64,000 bases of DNA from Chloroflexota bacterium (GTDB lineage: Bacteria > Chloroflexota > UBA11872), in assembly GCA_028873795.1 (NCBI GenBank), contig JAPPNP010000022.1, positions 29,462-93,461 on the forward strand. The letters run 5' to 3'. The first letter of the stretch is position 1, and the number at the start of each line of letters is the position of its first letter. The position numbers and the translations under genes were made by a program. Of this stretch, positions 23,950 to 34,291 are shown in pieces. Under the pieces are notes generated by a model, which worked only from the letters and a program-made list of their open reading frames with translations, searched no databases and was not told where the DNA came from.

Positions 23950-25011
23950 ATGCAGATTCCGCGTGAATCCATGGCCGTTCGCCAAGCGGCCGAGCGTCTT
24001 GCCGAAATCCTTGGCGTTTCTGACCTAGCCGACGCTGCCAGCATTGAGGTGCGCACCGAAGACGGTCGCGTCTGGGACGCCGTTTTCACCAATCGAGGCC
24101 ATTCCTTCGTTCTGGAATGGAACCGGTCAGGCTCCCTTGGCCCTATCTCCAGCGCAATTCACCAGTTGAAGACGGTGCAAGGCAGCTTTCCCCATAAGGT
24201 GACTCCGGTCCTGGCAGTCCCTTATATGGGAGAAGCGGCGCAGGAGCGTTGCGCGCAGGCCGAACTTCCTTGGCTGGACCTCTCGGGAAACGCCCGGATC
24301 GTCGTGCCCGGCATCTTCTACCAGAACTTGGGGAAACCCAACCGGTTCCGCAGGGCCGGAAGGCCGGAGAGCGCATTCGGAGCTAAGGGCTCTCGAATAG
24401 CACGGCTGCTGCTCATGGAGCCTTCCAAGCCAGAAACGCAGCGCACGATTGCCGCCAAAGCCGGACTGGATGAGGGACACACAAGCCGGGTCGTCGCCAA
24501 GCTCGTTGCAGCCGGTCTCGTCGAGCGAAGAGCAGACGGCATCCGCGTCACCGACCGGGAAACGCTGCTCGATGCCTGGCGGGAAGACTACCGATTCGAC
24601 CGGCATCACGTGACCCGAGGCCACATTGCATCTCGGGGAGGCGGGGCGCTGATCCGTTCCATCGCGGCAACCCTGGCTGAGGATGAAGTGCCCTACGCGG
24701 CAACAGGTCTCGCTGCCGCGTGGTTGTGGACGCGACACGCCGGATTCCGCCTTGCAACCGTGTACCTCTCAAGTCTCCCGTCGGCAGAGATCAAAAGCGC
24801 CCTCGGCTTCCGGGAAGAGCCTCGGGGGGCGAATACCTGGTTGGTCGTACCCAATGACGACGGCGTATTCGACGGAGCGGAACTAGTCGACGGCATTCGC
24901 AGCGTGCATCCGGTGCAGGCATATCTCGACCTCAAGGACCATCCCGAACGGTCGACGGAGGCCGCCGTTGAGCTCAGGCGGAGGTTCTTGCGAGGTGCCG
25001 ATGGCATCTAA
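23950..25011 (+). CDS. AbiEi-like antitoxin / transcriptional regulator partner (central winged-helix; N-terminal 140 aa unassigned)
   Basis: 353 aa. It has a MarR-like wHTH (QRTIAAKAGLDEGHTSRVVAKLVAAGLVER) and a C-terminal region ending ...PVQAYLDLKDHPERSTEAAVELRRRF, like AbiEi C-terminal domains. It overlaps the downstream nucleotidyltransferase gene by 11 nt. Confidence 0.5.
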   Translation: MQIPRESMAVRQAAERLAEILGVSDLADAASIEVRTEDGRVWDAVFTNRGHSFVLEWNRSGSLGPISSAIHQLKTVQGSFPHKVTPVLAVPYMGEAAQERCAQAELPWLDLSGNARIVVPGIFYQNLGKPNRFRRAGRPESAFGAKGSRIARLLLMEPSKPETQRTIAAKAGLDEGHTSRVVAKLVAAGLVERRADGIRVTDRETLLDAWREDYRFDRHHVTRGHIASRGGGALIRSIAATLAEDEVPYAATGLAAAWLWTRHAGFRLATVYLSSLPSAEIKSALGFREEPRGANTWLVVPNDDGVFDGAELVDGIRSVHPVQAYLDLKDHPERSTEAAVELRRRFLRGADGI

Positions 25012-25843
25012 GCCTTCGAGCGGCGACGACTACGGCATCGAGCAGTTGGGCGTTGTCCGCCGGACCTGCCTTCACATCGCAACTAAGCTCGGCGACCTGC
25101 TAGATGAAATCGTGGTAGTCGGCGGATTGGTTCCGTACCTCCTTGTTGACCAAGACCACCTGCCATCAGGCGTCGAACCCCATGCGGGCACGATGGATCT
25201 AGACATGGGCCTCGCGTTGGCGATTCTGAATCGCGAGCGCTATCGGGAGTTGGGGATAAGGTTGCGGGACGCGGGACTCGAGCCGGACATCAATGTACAG
25301 GGCAATAGGCGATTGCAGACTTGGCGTGCGCGCTCGCCTCATCCTGCAACGGTAGATTTCCTAATTCCTGTCTCCGACGAATCTGGTGAAGGAGGCGCGC
25401 TCCTCCATCTCGAATCTGACCTAGCCGCAGTAGTTACTCCAGGTCTCGAATTGGCCTTCCAGGACCAGCGCCGGAAAGAGTTGTCCGACCAAACATTCTC
25501 CGGCGCATGGGCTACCAGGAGCGTTCCGGTATCCGGCCCAGGCGCCTTTACCGTCCTCAAGGCACTTGCCTTTGGAAACCGAGCCGAGAGAAAAGATGCC
25601 TATGACCTCTTCTATGTTTGGACCGGCGTTGGAGTGACTGAAGTTGCCGAGAGCCTGGCTTCCCTTCAAGCCAGCGCCTACGTAGACGATGCATTGCACA
25701 TTATCGAGAGAGACTTCTGCAATCACGATGGGCTTGGCCCCGTTGAGACAGCGCACTTCATCAACCAAGGGCCTGACGACAACTTGCAAGCCGATGTCGT
25801 CGGCCACGCGTACGAGCTTCTTCGTTTGATGGGGCGACTGTGA
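25001..25843 (+). CDS. AbiEii/AbiGii-family nucleotidyltransferase toxin (DUF1814-like)
   Basis: 280 aa. Has the minimal-nucleotidyltransferase signature VVVGGLVPYLL...HAGTMDLDMGL (GG...TxDxD). The size and genetic context fit a type IV TA toxin. Lower-GC region. Confidence 0.65.
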   Translation: MASKPSSGDDYGIEQLGVVRRTCLHIATKLGDLLDEIVVVGGLVPYLLVDQDHLPSGVEPHAGTMDLDMGLALAILNRERYRELGIRLRDAGLEPDINVQGNRRLQTWRARSPHPATVDFLIPVSDESGEGGALLHLESDLAAVVTPGLELAFQDQRRKELSDQTFSGAWATRSVPVSGPGAFTVLKALAFGNRAERKDAYDLFYVWTGVGVTEVAESLASLQASAYVDDALHIIERDFCNHDGLGPVETAHFINQGPDDNLQADVVGHAYELLRLMGRL

Positions 25844-25931
25844 CGCCCCTGACCTCTCACTAATCTGGGGAGCGTTGCGCGCGATAGCCATGCGACGAGG
25901 CTAGCCTGACGTCGCCTGCCTAGCAGCTGGC

Positions 25932-27830
25932 TTAGTCGTTGGACGCCGCCTGGTCCGACGCCGGAAAGCCCATGGCGTCGCCAAACTGATCCTGGAAATC
26001 GGGCACGGCGGACAGCTCGACATAATGCACGTGGCCGGGCAGGTCAGTGGCGCGCACGCGCGACGTCAGCGACAGCAGGCACATGCGCGCGCCGTGGCCG
26101 GCGGCGTTGCCGATGGCCTCCACCGCCTCCTCCGGCACCGGCGGCAGCAGCCCGATGGCCAGGGCTTGCGCCGGGTCGATGTAGGCGCCGAAGGCGCCGG
26201 CCAGCAGGACGCGGTCGAGATCCGAAGGCTGCAGACCGGCCTCGCGCAAGAGGACGTTCGTGCCGCAGCGAATGCTGCCCTTGGCCAGCTGCAAGCGGCG
26301 GATGTCCTGCGCGTGCAGCGCGATGCTCTCCTCCGGCGACGCCGGATCGCCCGTGAGCACGAACTCGCCGCCGGTGTCGTCGGGCCGCACCCGGTCGGCT
26401 AGCCCCGGAAGCGCCTTTTCCATCTCATCCCCCGAGAGCAGCCGCCCGCTCGGCAGCACCGCGCCGACGCGCAGCAGCTCGGCCACCGCGTCCACCAGGC
26501 CCGAGCCGCAGATGCCCTCGGGCTCGCCGCCGCCGATCACGTCCACGCCCACCGAGTTCGAGGTGATGCGCACGCGCTCGATCGCTCCGGGCGCCGCGCG
26601 CATGCCGCGCGTGATCTCGGCGCCCTCGAACGCCGGCCCGGCCGGCGCCGCGGTGGCGAACAGCCGCCGCTGGTGCGCCAGCACGATCTCGCCGTTGGTG
26701 CCCACGTCGATGACCAGCGTCGTGCCGCGGCGGCGGCCCAGGTTGGTGCTGAGCATCACGCCCACGATGTCGCCGCCGACATAGCTGGCCACCGCGGGCG
26801 CCACCCACACCCAGGCCGACGGGAGCACGGGCAAGTCGAGCTCCGACGCCCGTAGCGACACCGGGTCCACGGTCGTCGGCGCAAACGGCGAATACGAGAT
26901 TCGCGACGGATCGATGCCCAGCAGCAGATGCGTCATCACCGTGTTGCCGACGAACGTGGCCTCATAGACGCGGTCGGGTCTAACGTCGGCGGCCTCCAGG
27001 CAGCGCGTGGTGATGCCGCGCACGGTGTCCAGGATCGCCCGGTGCAGCCGCTCGACGAACTCCGGCCCGCGCATGGTGGCGCTCATGCGGCTGATCACGT
27101 CGCCTCCGTAAATGTGCTGGCCGTTGATGTCGGACGCCACGGCGACCTCTTGCCCGGTGGTCAAGTCCATCAACGCGCCGACTACGGTCGTGGTGCCGAT
27201 GTCGAACGCCAGGCCGTAGGCTACGCCGGTGGTGTCACCGCGCTCGACCGAGATCACCCGGTTGCCCGCGATCACCACCGTGACACCCTGGCTGATCTCC
27301 TCGCCGATGGCCCCCAGGCGGCTCAGCGCATCGCGCGTCGGATCGAGATCGCCAGCGGCGGCGGCCAACTCGTCCTGCACCAGGCTCCAGTCGGCGCGCG
27401 GATCGTGGAGCGAGGGCGGCGATGGCTTGACATAAATCTTCTGGATGTTGGGATCGAGGCTGATGCGCCCCAGTCCGGCGCTTTCCACCACGCGCACCGC
27501 CCGAATGCCCAGCGGATGCGAGTAGACCGCGCCGGCGTCCACCGGATGCTGGCAGGCTAGCCGCCAGCCGCCGGCGAGCTGCGCGATGGCCAGCCGGCGC
27601 TTGTCGTGCGGCGTGGGCTCCGGGACCTCGGCATCGCGCACCAGCACCCGGCAGGTGCCGCAGGTTCCCTTGCCGGCGCACACCGTCTCCACGGGAATGT
27701 CATTGGCGTGGGCGGCGTCGAGGATCGTCGTGCCGACTTCGGCTTCGACGGCGCGGTCTTCGGGCAGGAAGCGACACGAAACGGTGCTGGGAGAACTGAT
27801 GGGGCGGACCTCCGGGGTCGATCGGGCCAT
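25932..27830 (-). CDS. ASKHA-domain protein with N-terminal plant-type [2Fe-2S] ferredoxin (RACo-like reductive activator of corrinoid proteins, COG3894)
   Basis: 632 aa. N-terminal CAGKGTCGTCRV...C ferredoxin motif, then actin/sugar-kinase-like ATPase motifs (FDIGTTTV, IDVGTNGEIV, GSG). This architecture is typical of RACo/DUF4445. Confidence 0.8.
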   Translation of the reverse strand: MARSTPEVRPISSPSTVSCRFLPEDRAVEAEVGTTILDAAHANDIPVETVCAGKGTCGTCRVLVRDAEVPEPTPHDKRRLAIAQLAGGWRLACQHPVDAGAVYSHPLGIRAVRVVESAGLGRISLDPNIQKIYVKPSPPSLHDPRADWSLVQDELAAAAGDLDPTRDALSRLGAIGEEISQGVTVVIAGNRVISVERGDTTGVAYGLAFDIGTTTVVGALMDLTTGQEVAVASDINGQHIYGGDVISRMSATMRGPEFVERLHRAILDTVRGITTRCLEAADVRPDRVYEATFVGNTVMTHLLLGIDPSRISYSPFAPTTVDPVSLRASELDLPVLPSAWVWVAPAVASYVGGDIVGVMLSTNLGRRRGTTLVIDVGTNGEIVLAHQRRLFATAAPAGPAFEGAEITRGMRAAPGAIERVRITSNSVGVDVIGGGEPEGICGSGLVDAVAELLRVGAVLPSGRLLSGDEMEKALPGLADRVRPDDTGGEFVLTGDPASPEESIALHAQDIRRLQLAKGSIRCGTNVLLREAGLQPSDLDRVLLAGAFGAYIDPAQALAIGLLPPVPEEAVEAIGNAAGHGARMCLLSLTSRVRATDLPGHVHYVELSAVPDFQDQFGDAMGFPASDQAASND

Positions 27831-27923
27831 TGTGCGCGAATGCGCCCGTGAAGACGACGGCGCAACCGCTTACAATTGTCGAGGTTTGCGGGGACGACGC
27901 AAGCGGACGGAGGTCCGACCACC

Positions 27924-28574
<651 letters not shown>

Positions 28575-28611
28575 GTTTCGAGCCCAGGCGCGGCCCTCAG
28601 GCCAACCCCCG

Positions 28612-29301
28612 ATGTCGACACCTGACGGCCGCATCCGCCTCGAGCTTCACGCGCATACGCACGCTTCCCCCGACTGCGCGCTGAGCCCCACCCGTCTGAT
28701 CGAGCTGCTGCAAGACCGCGGCATTCAGGCGCTGGCGGTGACGGATCACAACACCATGGCCGGGGCGTTCGAGATGGCGCGGGTGTCGCCCATGCCCATC
28801 ATCCTGGCCGAGGAGATCAAGAGCACCGCCGGCGACATCATCGGCCTCTTCTTGGAGGAAGAGATCCCGCGCGACATGTCGCCGCGGGACACCGTGGCGG
28901 CCATCAAGGACCAGAGCGGGCTGGTGCTGCTGCCGCACCCGTTCGACAGCCTGCGTCGATCGGCGCTGCGAGAGGCCACCGACAGCATTCGCGAGCACAT
29001 CGACATCCTGGAGGTGTTCAACGGGCGCACCCTGCGCGAGCGCGACAACCGCACGGCGCAGGACTACGCGCGAGACCACGGCCTGGTGGCGTCGGTCGGC
29101 TCGGACTCGCATCTGGCCCGCGAGGTGGGTGTGAGCTGGCAGCTGCTCGAACCCTGGAGCGGGCCCGACGAGTTTCTCGACAACCTGCGCCACGCGGAGC
29201 TGCACATGGAGCTGGCCCCGGCCTGGGTGCACGCGGGCAGCTCGTTGCACGCCTACACGACCAAGTTTCGGAAGCGGCTGACCACCTGGCTTACGCGCTG
29301 A
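28612..29301 (+). CDS. PHP-domain metal-dependent phosphoesterase
   Basis: ELHAHTHASPDC...AVTDHNTMAG...DSH: the histidine/aspartate motifs of the polymerase-histidinol-phosphatase (PHP) fold. Confidence 0.8.
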   Translation: MSTPDGRIRLELHAHTHASPDCALSPTRLIELLQDRGIQALAVTDHNTMAGAFEMARVSPMPIILAEEIKSTAGDIIGLFLEEEIPRDMSPRDTVAAIKDQSGLVLLPHPFDSLRRSALREATDSIREHIDILEVFNGRTLRERDNRTAQDYARDHGLVASVGSDSHLAREVGVSWQLLEPWSGPDEFLDNLRHAELHMELAPAWVHAGSSLHAYTTKFRKRLTTWLTR

Positions 29302-29311
29302 CGAGACGTCC

Positions 29312-30658
29312 GTGACCGCGGCGGCGTCCGACGGCTGGGCGGCGTTCACGCGGCGCGGGCTGACGCTGTGGCTCCCGGCCTCGGTCAACCTGGGCATCGC
29401 CAGCCTGCTGGCCCCGGCGATGAATGCCCTGCTGGCGCGGGCCGACGACCCCGAAGCGTCGATCGCCGGGTTCTCCGTGGCGCTGGGAGTCATCACCATC
29501 GTGGCGCTGCCCCAGTTCCGCATTCAGCAGCTCACGCTGGTGTTCCTGCACGATCAGCGCGCGCTGCGCAGCCTGCGCCGCTTCGTCGTCATCACCGCCG
29601 CCGCCGTGGGGGCGATCAGCTGCGCGGCGGCGCTCACCCCGCTGGCCGAACTGATCCTCGAAGGCATCTTCGCCGCCACGGGCGACCTGCTGACCCAGGC
29701 GCGAGCCGCGCTGGTGGCGCTGTGCCCGCTGCCGGTGTTCATGGTGGCGCGCACGCACTTGCACGGTGCGGCGCTGCGGCTCGGGCAGGCGCGATTGGTG
29801 TGGCTGGGCACGGGGCTCGGTGCCGGCGGCGCGGTCGCCATTTCCGCCGGCCTCATCGCGGCGGGCATGCAGGGGGCGGCCGCGGCTGGCGTGGGCACCA
29901 CGCTGGCCGCCGGCCTGGAAACCGTCGTGCTGATGGCGGCCACGCGCAGCCTGCTTCGGCAGGGGCTGCCCGCGCATTCACCGCGCAGCCTCGACCCCAG
30001 CCTGGGGGCCGTGGCGCGCTTCTTCGCCCCGCTGATCTTCGCTTCCCTGCTGCCATCCGCGACCACGCCGATCGTCAACGCGGCCCTGGCTCGCACGGCC
30101 GAGCCCGAGACTTCGCTGGCGGCCTTCGCCATCGCCATCGGCCTCTTCCAGTTTCTGACGATCCTGCTCTGGGGCGCCCAACCGTCGATTCTCGCGCTGC
30201 TGGCACGAGGCGAGCGCGTGCGCCGGATCACGGTGTTGACCAACGGCGTCGCCGTCGCCGTCCTGGTCGCGTCCATGGCGGCGGCGTTCGCCCCGCCGCT
30301 GAGCCAGCTCGTCATCGAGGACATCAGCGGCGCCCGGGACCGGCTGGCCGAGCTGTCGCTGCTGGGGCTGCGCATGCTGGCGCCCCTGCCGCTGATTCTG
30401 GTGCAGGAGCAGGTGTTCGCCTCGGCGCTGATGCAGGTCCGGCGCACCCGCCCGATTCTCTACGTGAATCTGTGGCGGCTCGCCGCGCTGCTCGTCTTCG
30501 TCGTGCTTGCGCTCAACGTCGGCGGCCTGCCCGGCGTCGCCGTGGGCGCCGGCGCCTGGGCGGCCAGCCTGATTGTCGAGGCCGTGGCGACCTATGCCTA
30601 TGGCCGCGGCGCCTATCGCCAGGTCAAGGCCGACGAGGCGTTGACATTCGGCCGCTAG
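29312..30658 (+). CDS. polytopic membrane protein, MOP/MATE-flippase-like exporter
   Basis: 448 aa with ~12 predicted TM helices and a Wzx/MurJ/MATE-like repeat architecture. The overlapping 29368..30780 frame is an artefact. Confidence 0.6.
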   Translation: MTAAASDGWAAFTRRGLTLWLPASVNLGIASLLAPAMNALLARADDPEASIAGFSVALGVITIVALPQFRIQQLTLVFLHDQRALRSLRRFVVITAAAVGAISCAAALTPLAELILEGIFAATGDLLTQARAALVALCPLPVFMVARTHLHGAALRLGQARLVWLGTGLGAGGAVAISAGLIAAGMQGAAAAGVGTTLAAGLETVVLMAATRSLLRQGLPAHSPRSLDPSLGAVARFFAPLIFASLLPSATTPIVNAALARTAEPETSLAAFAIAIGLFQFLTILLWGAQPSILALLARGERVRRITVLTNGVAVAVLVASMAAAFAPPLSQLVIEDISGARDRLAELSLLGLRMLAPLPLILVQEQVFASALMQVRRTRPILYVNLWRLAALLVFVVLALNVGGLPGVAVGAGAWAASLIVEAVATYAYGRGAYRQVKADEALTFGR

Positions 30659-30796
30659 CGCCTACGATGCTTGTCAGCGCGACGACGTTCAGATTGCGAT
30701 GGATCTTGATGGGCACGCATAGCCGATTCCGCCACGGCCATTCGCTGCCGATTTCGGGAGGAGTGTGCCCCGACCGCTGACGTCGTAACCGAACCT

Positions 30797-30858
30797 ACGC
30801 ACAACCGCGGACGCCGGGCACGGGCCCACCAAACGCTCCGCGGTTTTTTGTTGCTCCA
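30797..30858 (+). terminator. possible intrinsic terminator after the MOP-like gene
   Basis: CCGCGGAcG...cGCTCCGCGG stem with a nested GGGC/GCCC, followed by TTTTTTGTTG. Confidence 0.3.
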
Positions 30859-30889
30859 AAACGCCGCGTCCCAACCGCAAGGATGAGAG

Positions 30890-31735
30890 ATGACCACCGC
30901 CGTTGACATCGTCGAATTGGAGAAAGCCTTCGACCCGTCGGGTCTCGTGGGCGAGCTGCGCCGCGTCATTGGGCGGCCCGCGACGCGAGTCGCCGCCCTG
31001 CGCCGAGTCACGCTGCGCGTGGCGCGAGGAGAGATCTACGGCGTCGTCGGCTCGAACGGCTCCGGCAAGTCCACGCTGGCCCGGATCGTGGCCACGCTGC
31101 TGACCCCCGACGCCGGACGCGCGCGCGTCTTTGGCCACGACGTGGAGCGTGAGTCCGCGGAGGTACGGCGCTTACTGAATCGCGTGTCGGTCGACGCGTC
31201 GTTCTTCAAGAAGCTCAGTCCGCTGGAGAACCTCGTCTTCTCGGCGCGGCTCTACGACCTGTCGCCGCGCACCGCCGAGCCCCGCGTACGGCAAATCCTG
31301 CAACGGCTGGGCATCAGCGGTCCCAGCGTCACCCGACCGGTCGAGCAGATGTCGCGCGGCATGCAGCAGAAGGTGGCGGTGGCGCGAGCCTTCCTGACCT
31401 CGCCGGTGCTGCTGGTGCTCGACGAGCCGACCACCGGGCTCGACCCGGCGTCGAAGCGCGACGTGCAGGCGTTCATCCAAGAGGTGCGTGACAGTCACGA
31501 CGCCACGGTGCTCCTGATGTCGCACGACATGGACGAGATTGACCGGCTGTGCGATCGGATGGCCGTGCTCGACGACGGACGGATCGTGGCCCAGGGAACG
31601 CCCGCATCGCTGGCCGAGCCGGGCGAGACATTGGAGGACGCCTTCATTCGCCTGACGGGACACGCCCTGGGCGACACCACGAACGAACGCCGCGAGCGGG
31701 GCGAGCCCGCCGGCGTCGAGGAGACGAGACCATGA
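30890..31735 (+). CDS. ABC transporter ATP-binding protein (ABC-2/exporter type)
   Basis: Walker A GSNGSGKST, signature MSRGMQQKVAVARA, Walker B LLVLDEPT and an H-loop. Confidence 0.9.
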   Translation: MTTAVDIVELEKAFDPSGLVGELRRVIGRPATRVAALRRVTLRVARGEIYGVVGSNGSGKSTLARIVATLLTPDAGRARVFGHDVERESAEVRRLLNRVSVDASFFKKLSPLENLVFSARLYDLSPRTAEPRVRQILQRLGISGPSVTRPVEQMSRGMQQKVAVARAFLTSPVLLVLDEPTTGLDPASKRDVQAFIQEVRDSHDATVLLMSHDMDEIDRLCDRMAVLDDGRIVAQGTPASLAEPGETLEDAFIRLTGHALGDTTNERRERGEPAGVEETRP

Positions 31736-32556
31736 TTGCCGCCCGGCGCGATTGGCGCGCGTCCTACGCCTTCGTGGAGCTGAATTTCCGCGCCATCAGG
31801 CGTTACTGGGGGTGGGAAGCCGTCTGGCTGGTCTTCGCCGTCGTCAACGCGCTGACGGTGGCCTATATCGCGCCCGGCGGACGGGAAGTCGCGGGCGAGG
31901 CCTTTGCCACCGACCGGCTGGTGCTCTTTCTGGTCATCGGCACGGTCGTCTGGGCCTATCTGCAGCAGGTGTTCGACTCCGTCGGCTTCATGATCGCCTG
32001 GCAGCGCTGGGAAGGGACGATCGAAAGCACCTTCATGGCGCCGGCCCGGCGACTCGCCATGGTGGCCGGCACCAGCGCTTTCGCGATTGCCTACGCCTTC
32101 ATCCGCGCCCTGCTGGTGCTGGGCGCCGTGTCGCTGTTCTTCGACCTGGACCTGCTGCAGGCCAACTGGCTGACGGCGCTGGCCGTGATCTGCGTCGGCA
32201 GCGTGGGATTCCTGGGGCTGGCGGTCATGGTGGCCGCCCTGCCGCTGCTGTTCCTGGAACGCGGCGAGCAGATGGTGATGATCACCCTCGCGGCGCTGCT
32301 GCTCGTGTCGGGGGTGTTCTACCCGATCGAGGTGCTGCCGGGCTGGCTGCAGGTGGTGGGGCGTCTCTCGCCGGCCACCTACGTGCTGGAGGGCATGCGC
32401 GCAGCGGTGCTTGACGGAGCATCGGTGGGTGACGTGGCCGAGATCTTCCCGCCGCTGCTCGCCATCGCGGCGGTCGTGCTGCCGCTCGGCATTCTGGTGT
32501 TCCGCACCGCCGAGCGCTATGCGCTGCGCAGCGGGCGACTGAAGCGACACGGATGA
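31732..32556 (+). CDS. ABC-2 family transporter permease
   Basis: 274 aa with 6 TM helices. Translationally coupled to the ATPase gene (ATGA overlap at 31732-31735). The longer ORF-track start is rejected. Confidence 0.75.
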   Translation: MIAARRDWRASYAFVELNFRAIRRYWGWEAVWLVFAVVNALTVAYIAPGGREVAGEAFATDRLVLFLVIGTVVWAYLQQVFDSVGFMIAWQRWEGTIESTFMAPARRLAMVAGTSAFAIAYAFIRALLVLGAVSLFFDLDLLQANWLTALAVICVGSVGFLGLAVMVAALPLLFLERGEQMVMITLAALLLVSGVFYPIEVLPGWLQVVGRLSPATYVLEGMRAAVLDGASVGDVAEIFPPLLAIAAVVLPLGILVFRTAERYALRSGRLKRHG

Positions 32557-32702
32557 TGCGTCAACGATCAGGAACCGATGGCAGGAGCCGCGCCCGTGTC
32601 GCGGCTGCCGCCACACTCAAACCGCCACGCGCAGCGTCGAATGCGCGACAATCAGCCGGGGCGCCCAGGCGGCGCGCGTTTATGTGGGAGCGCACATCAG
32701 GT

Positions 32703-33575
32703 ATGGATCCGGTGCAGCTGGGAATTCCCAAGGGAAGTTTGCAGGACGCGACCATTGAGTTGCTCCGCCGCGCAGGCTGGAGCGTCTCGGTGTCGTCGCG
32801 CAACTACGTGCCGGGGATCGACGACCATCATGTGCGCTGCAAGCTCGTCCGGGCCCAGGAAATCTCGCGCTACGTCGATGACGGCAGCCTCGACGCGGGC
32901 ATCACCGGGCTGGACTGGACGCTCGAAAACGCATCGGACGTGCGCGTCGTGGCGGACCTGGTGTATTCCAAGGCCAGCTTTCAGCCGACCCGCTGGGTGC
33001 TGGCGGTGCCCAACGACTCGCCGGCCCAGTGCGCGGAGGACCTGCGGGGCGGCAAAATCGCCACGGAGCTGGTCAACTTCTCCACGAAGTACTTCAACGA
33101 TCGCGGCATCGACGTCTCCGTGGAGTTCTCCTGGGGCGCCACCGAGCTCAAGGCGGCCGAGGGGCTGGCCGACGCTATCGTCGAGGTCACGGAAACCGAG
33201 ACCACGATTCGCGCCCACGGGCTGCGCGTCATCGAGACGCTCACGACCTCCAATCCGCAGCTGATCGCCAATCACGATGCCTACGCCGATCCGGACAAGC
33301 GGCGCAAGATCGATCAGATCGCACTGTTGCTGAAGGGCGCGTTGGAAGCGGAGTCGCGGGTGGGCCTCAAGATGAACGTGCCGCGGGCGAAAGTGGAGGA
33401 CATCGTCGAGGTGTTGCCGAGCATCACCGCGCCCACGGTCGCCAATCTCTTCGGCACCGACTGGCTGTCCATCGAGATCGTCGTGTCGGAGCATGAGGTG
33501 CGGGAGCTGATCCCGGAGCTTCGCGCCAAGGGCGCCGAGGGCATCATCGAGTACCCGCTCAACAAGATCGTCTGA
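32703..33575 (+). CDS. hisG: ATP phosphoribosyltransferase, long form with C-terminal regulatory domain
   Basis: MDPVQLGIPKGSLQ... is a HisG start. Catalytic-domain and C-terminal ACT-like regions are present, total 290 aa. Confidence 0.85.
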   Translation: MDPVQLGIPKGSLQDATIELLRRAGWSVSVSSRNYVPGIDDHHVRCKLVRAQEISRYVDDGSLDAGITGLDWTLENASDVRVVADLVYSKASFQPTRWVLAVPNDSPAQCAEDLRGGKIATELVNFSTKYFNDRGIDVSVEFSWGATELKAAEGLADAIVEVTETETTIRAHGLRVIETLTTSNPQLIANHDAYADPDKRRKIDQIALLLKGALEAESRVGLKMNVPRAKVEDIVEVLPSITAPTVANLFGTDWLSIEIVVSEHEVRELIPELRAKGAEGIIEYPLNKIV

Positions 33576-34286
33576 TCAGCGGCGCTCGAGACGTCGAGCC
33601 AGCCGCGTCAGGGCACTCGGGTCGGTGCAGGGGCTGTAATGCCCGGGAAGCACCACGCGCGCGCCGCTCGCCGCCAGGCGGCGGGCGGAGGCGCGCTGCT
33701 CGGCGCGGCTGGTGGCCAGCCAGGGCACGTTTTCGTGCAAGCGGCCGCGGCTATAGATGAGGGCGTCGCCCGCCACGAGGGTGTCGCCGCGCAACAGCGA
33801 CATGCTGCCGGGCGTGTGGCCTGGCGTGTGCAGCACCGCCCAGTCGTCGATCGCGTCGCCCTCCCGCACCGTGGTGACGTCGGTCGGGAGTCGCCAGCGC
33901 ATGATCCAGGGGACGAGGGGCCAGTAGAGCAGCCCGCGCAGGCCGGGGCACGTCTCGGGCGCCGCGAGAAACCGCACGTCGGCCTCGTGCATCAGAATTG
34001 GTGCCCCGGTGCGCCGCTGCAACTCCACGGCGCTGCCGGTGTGGTCGATGTCGAAATGCGTGAGCACGATGCGGTCGATGTCGGAGGGCTCGACGCCGAT
34101 CTGGCGCGCCGCGCGCAGGATCGGGCCCGCCCGTCCCGGCATGCCGGTGTCGATCAGCAGCGTCTCGGCTCCGGTGAGCACGTAGCACCACGAACTGAGA
34201 AAGCGGTCCACGGCGAAGCAGCCTGGCGCCAATTCGAACGGCGGCTGGCGCCCGCGCATCCCCCGCCAGTCAGGCCAGGCGGCCAT
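33576..34286 (-). CDS. MBL-fold metallo-hydrolase
   Basis: HxHxDH motif (LTHFDIDHTG), plus later His and Asp ligands. 237 aa from MAAWPDW. Confidence 0.8.
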   Translation of the reverse strand: MAAWPDWRGMRGRQPPFELAPGCFAVDRFLSSWCYVLTGAETLLIDTGMPGRAGPILRAARQIGVEPSDIDRIVLTHFDIDHTGSAVELQRRTGAPILMHEADVRFLAAPETCPGLRGLLYWPLVPWIMRWRLPTDVTTVREGDAIDDWAVLHTPGHTPGSMSLLRGDTLVAGDALIYSRGRLHENVPWLATSRAEQRASARRLAASGARVVLPGHYSPCTDPSALTRLARRLERR

Positions 34287-34291
34287 CGAGG

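Noticed and set aside
29368-30780. 470-aa alternative-frame ORF over the MOP-like membrane protein gene
   Set aside because: The translation is R/G/P-rich and has no TM helices. The 29312 frame encodes a coherent 12-TM protein.
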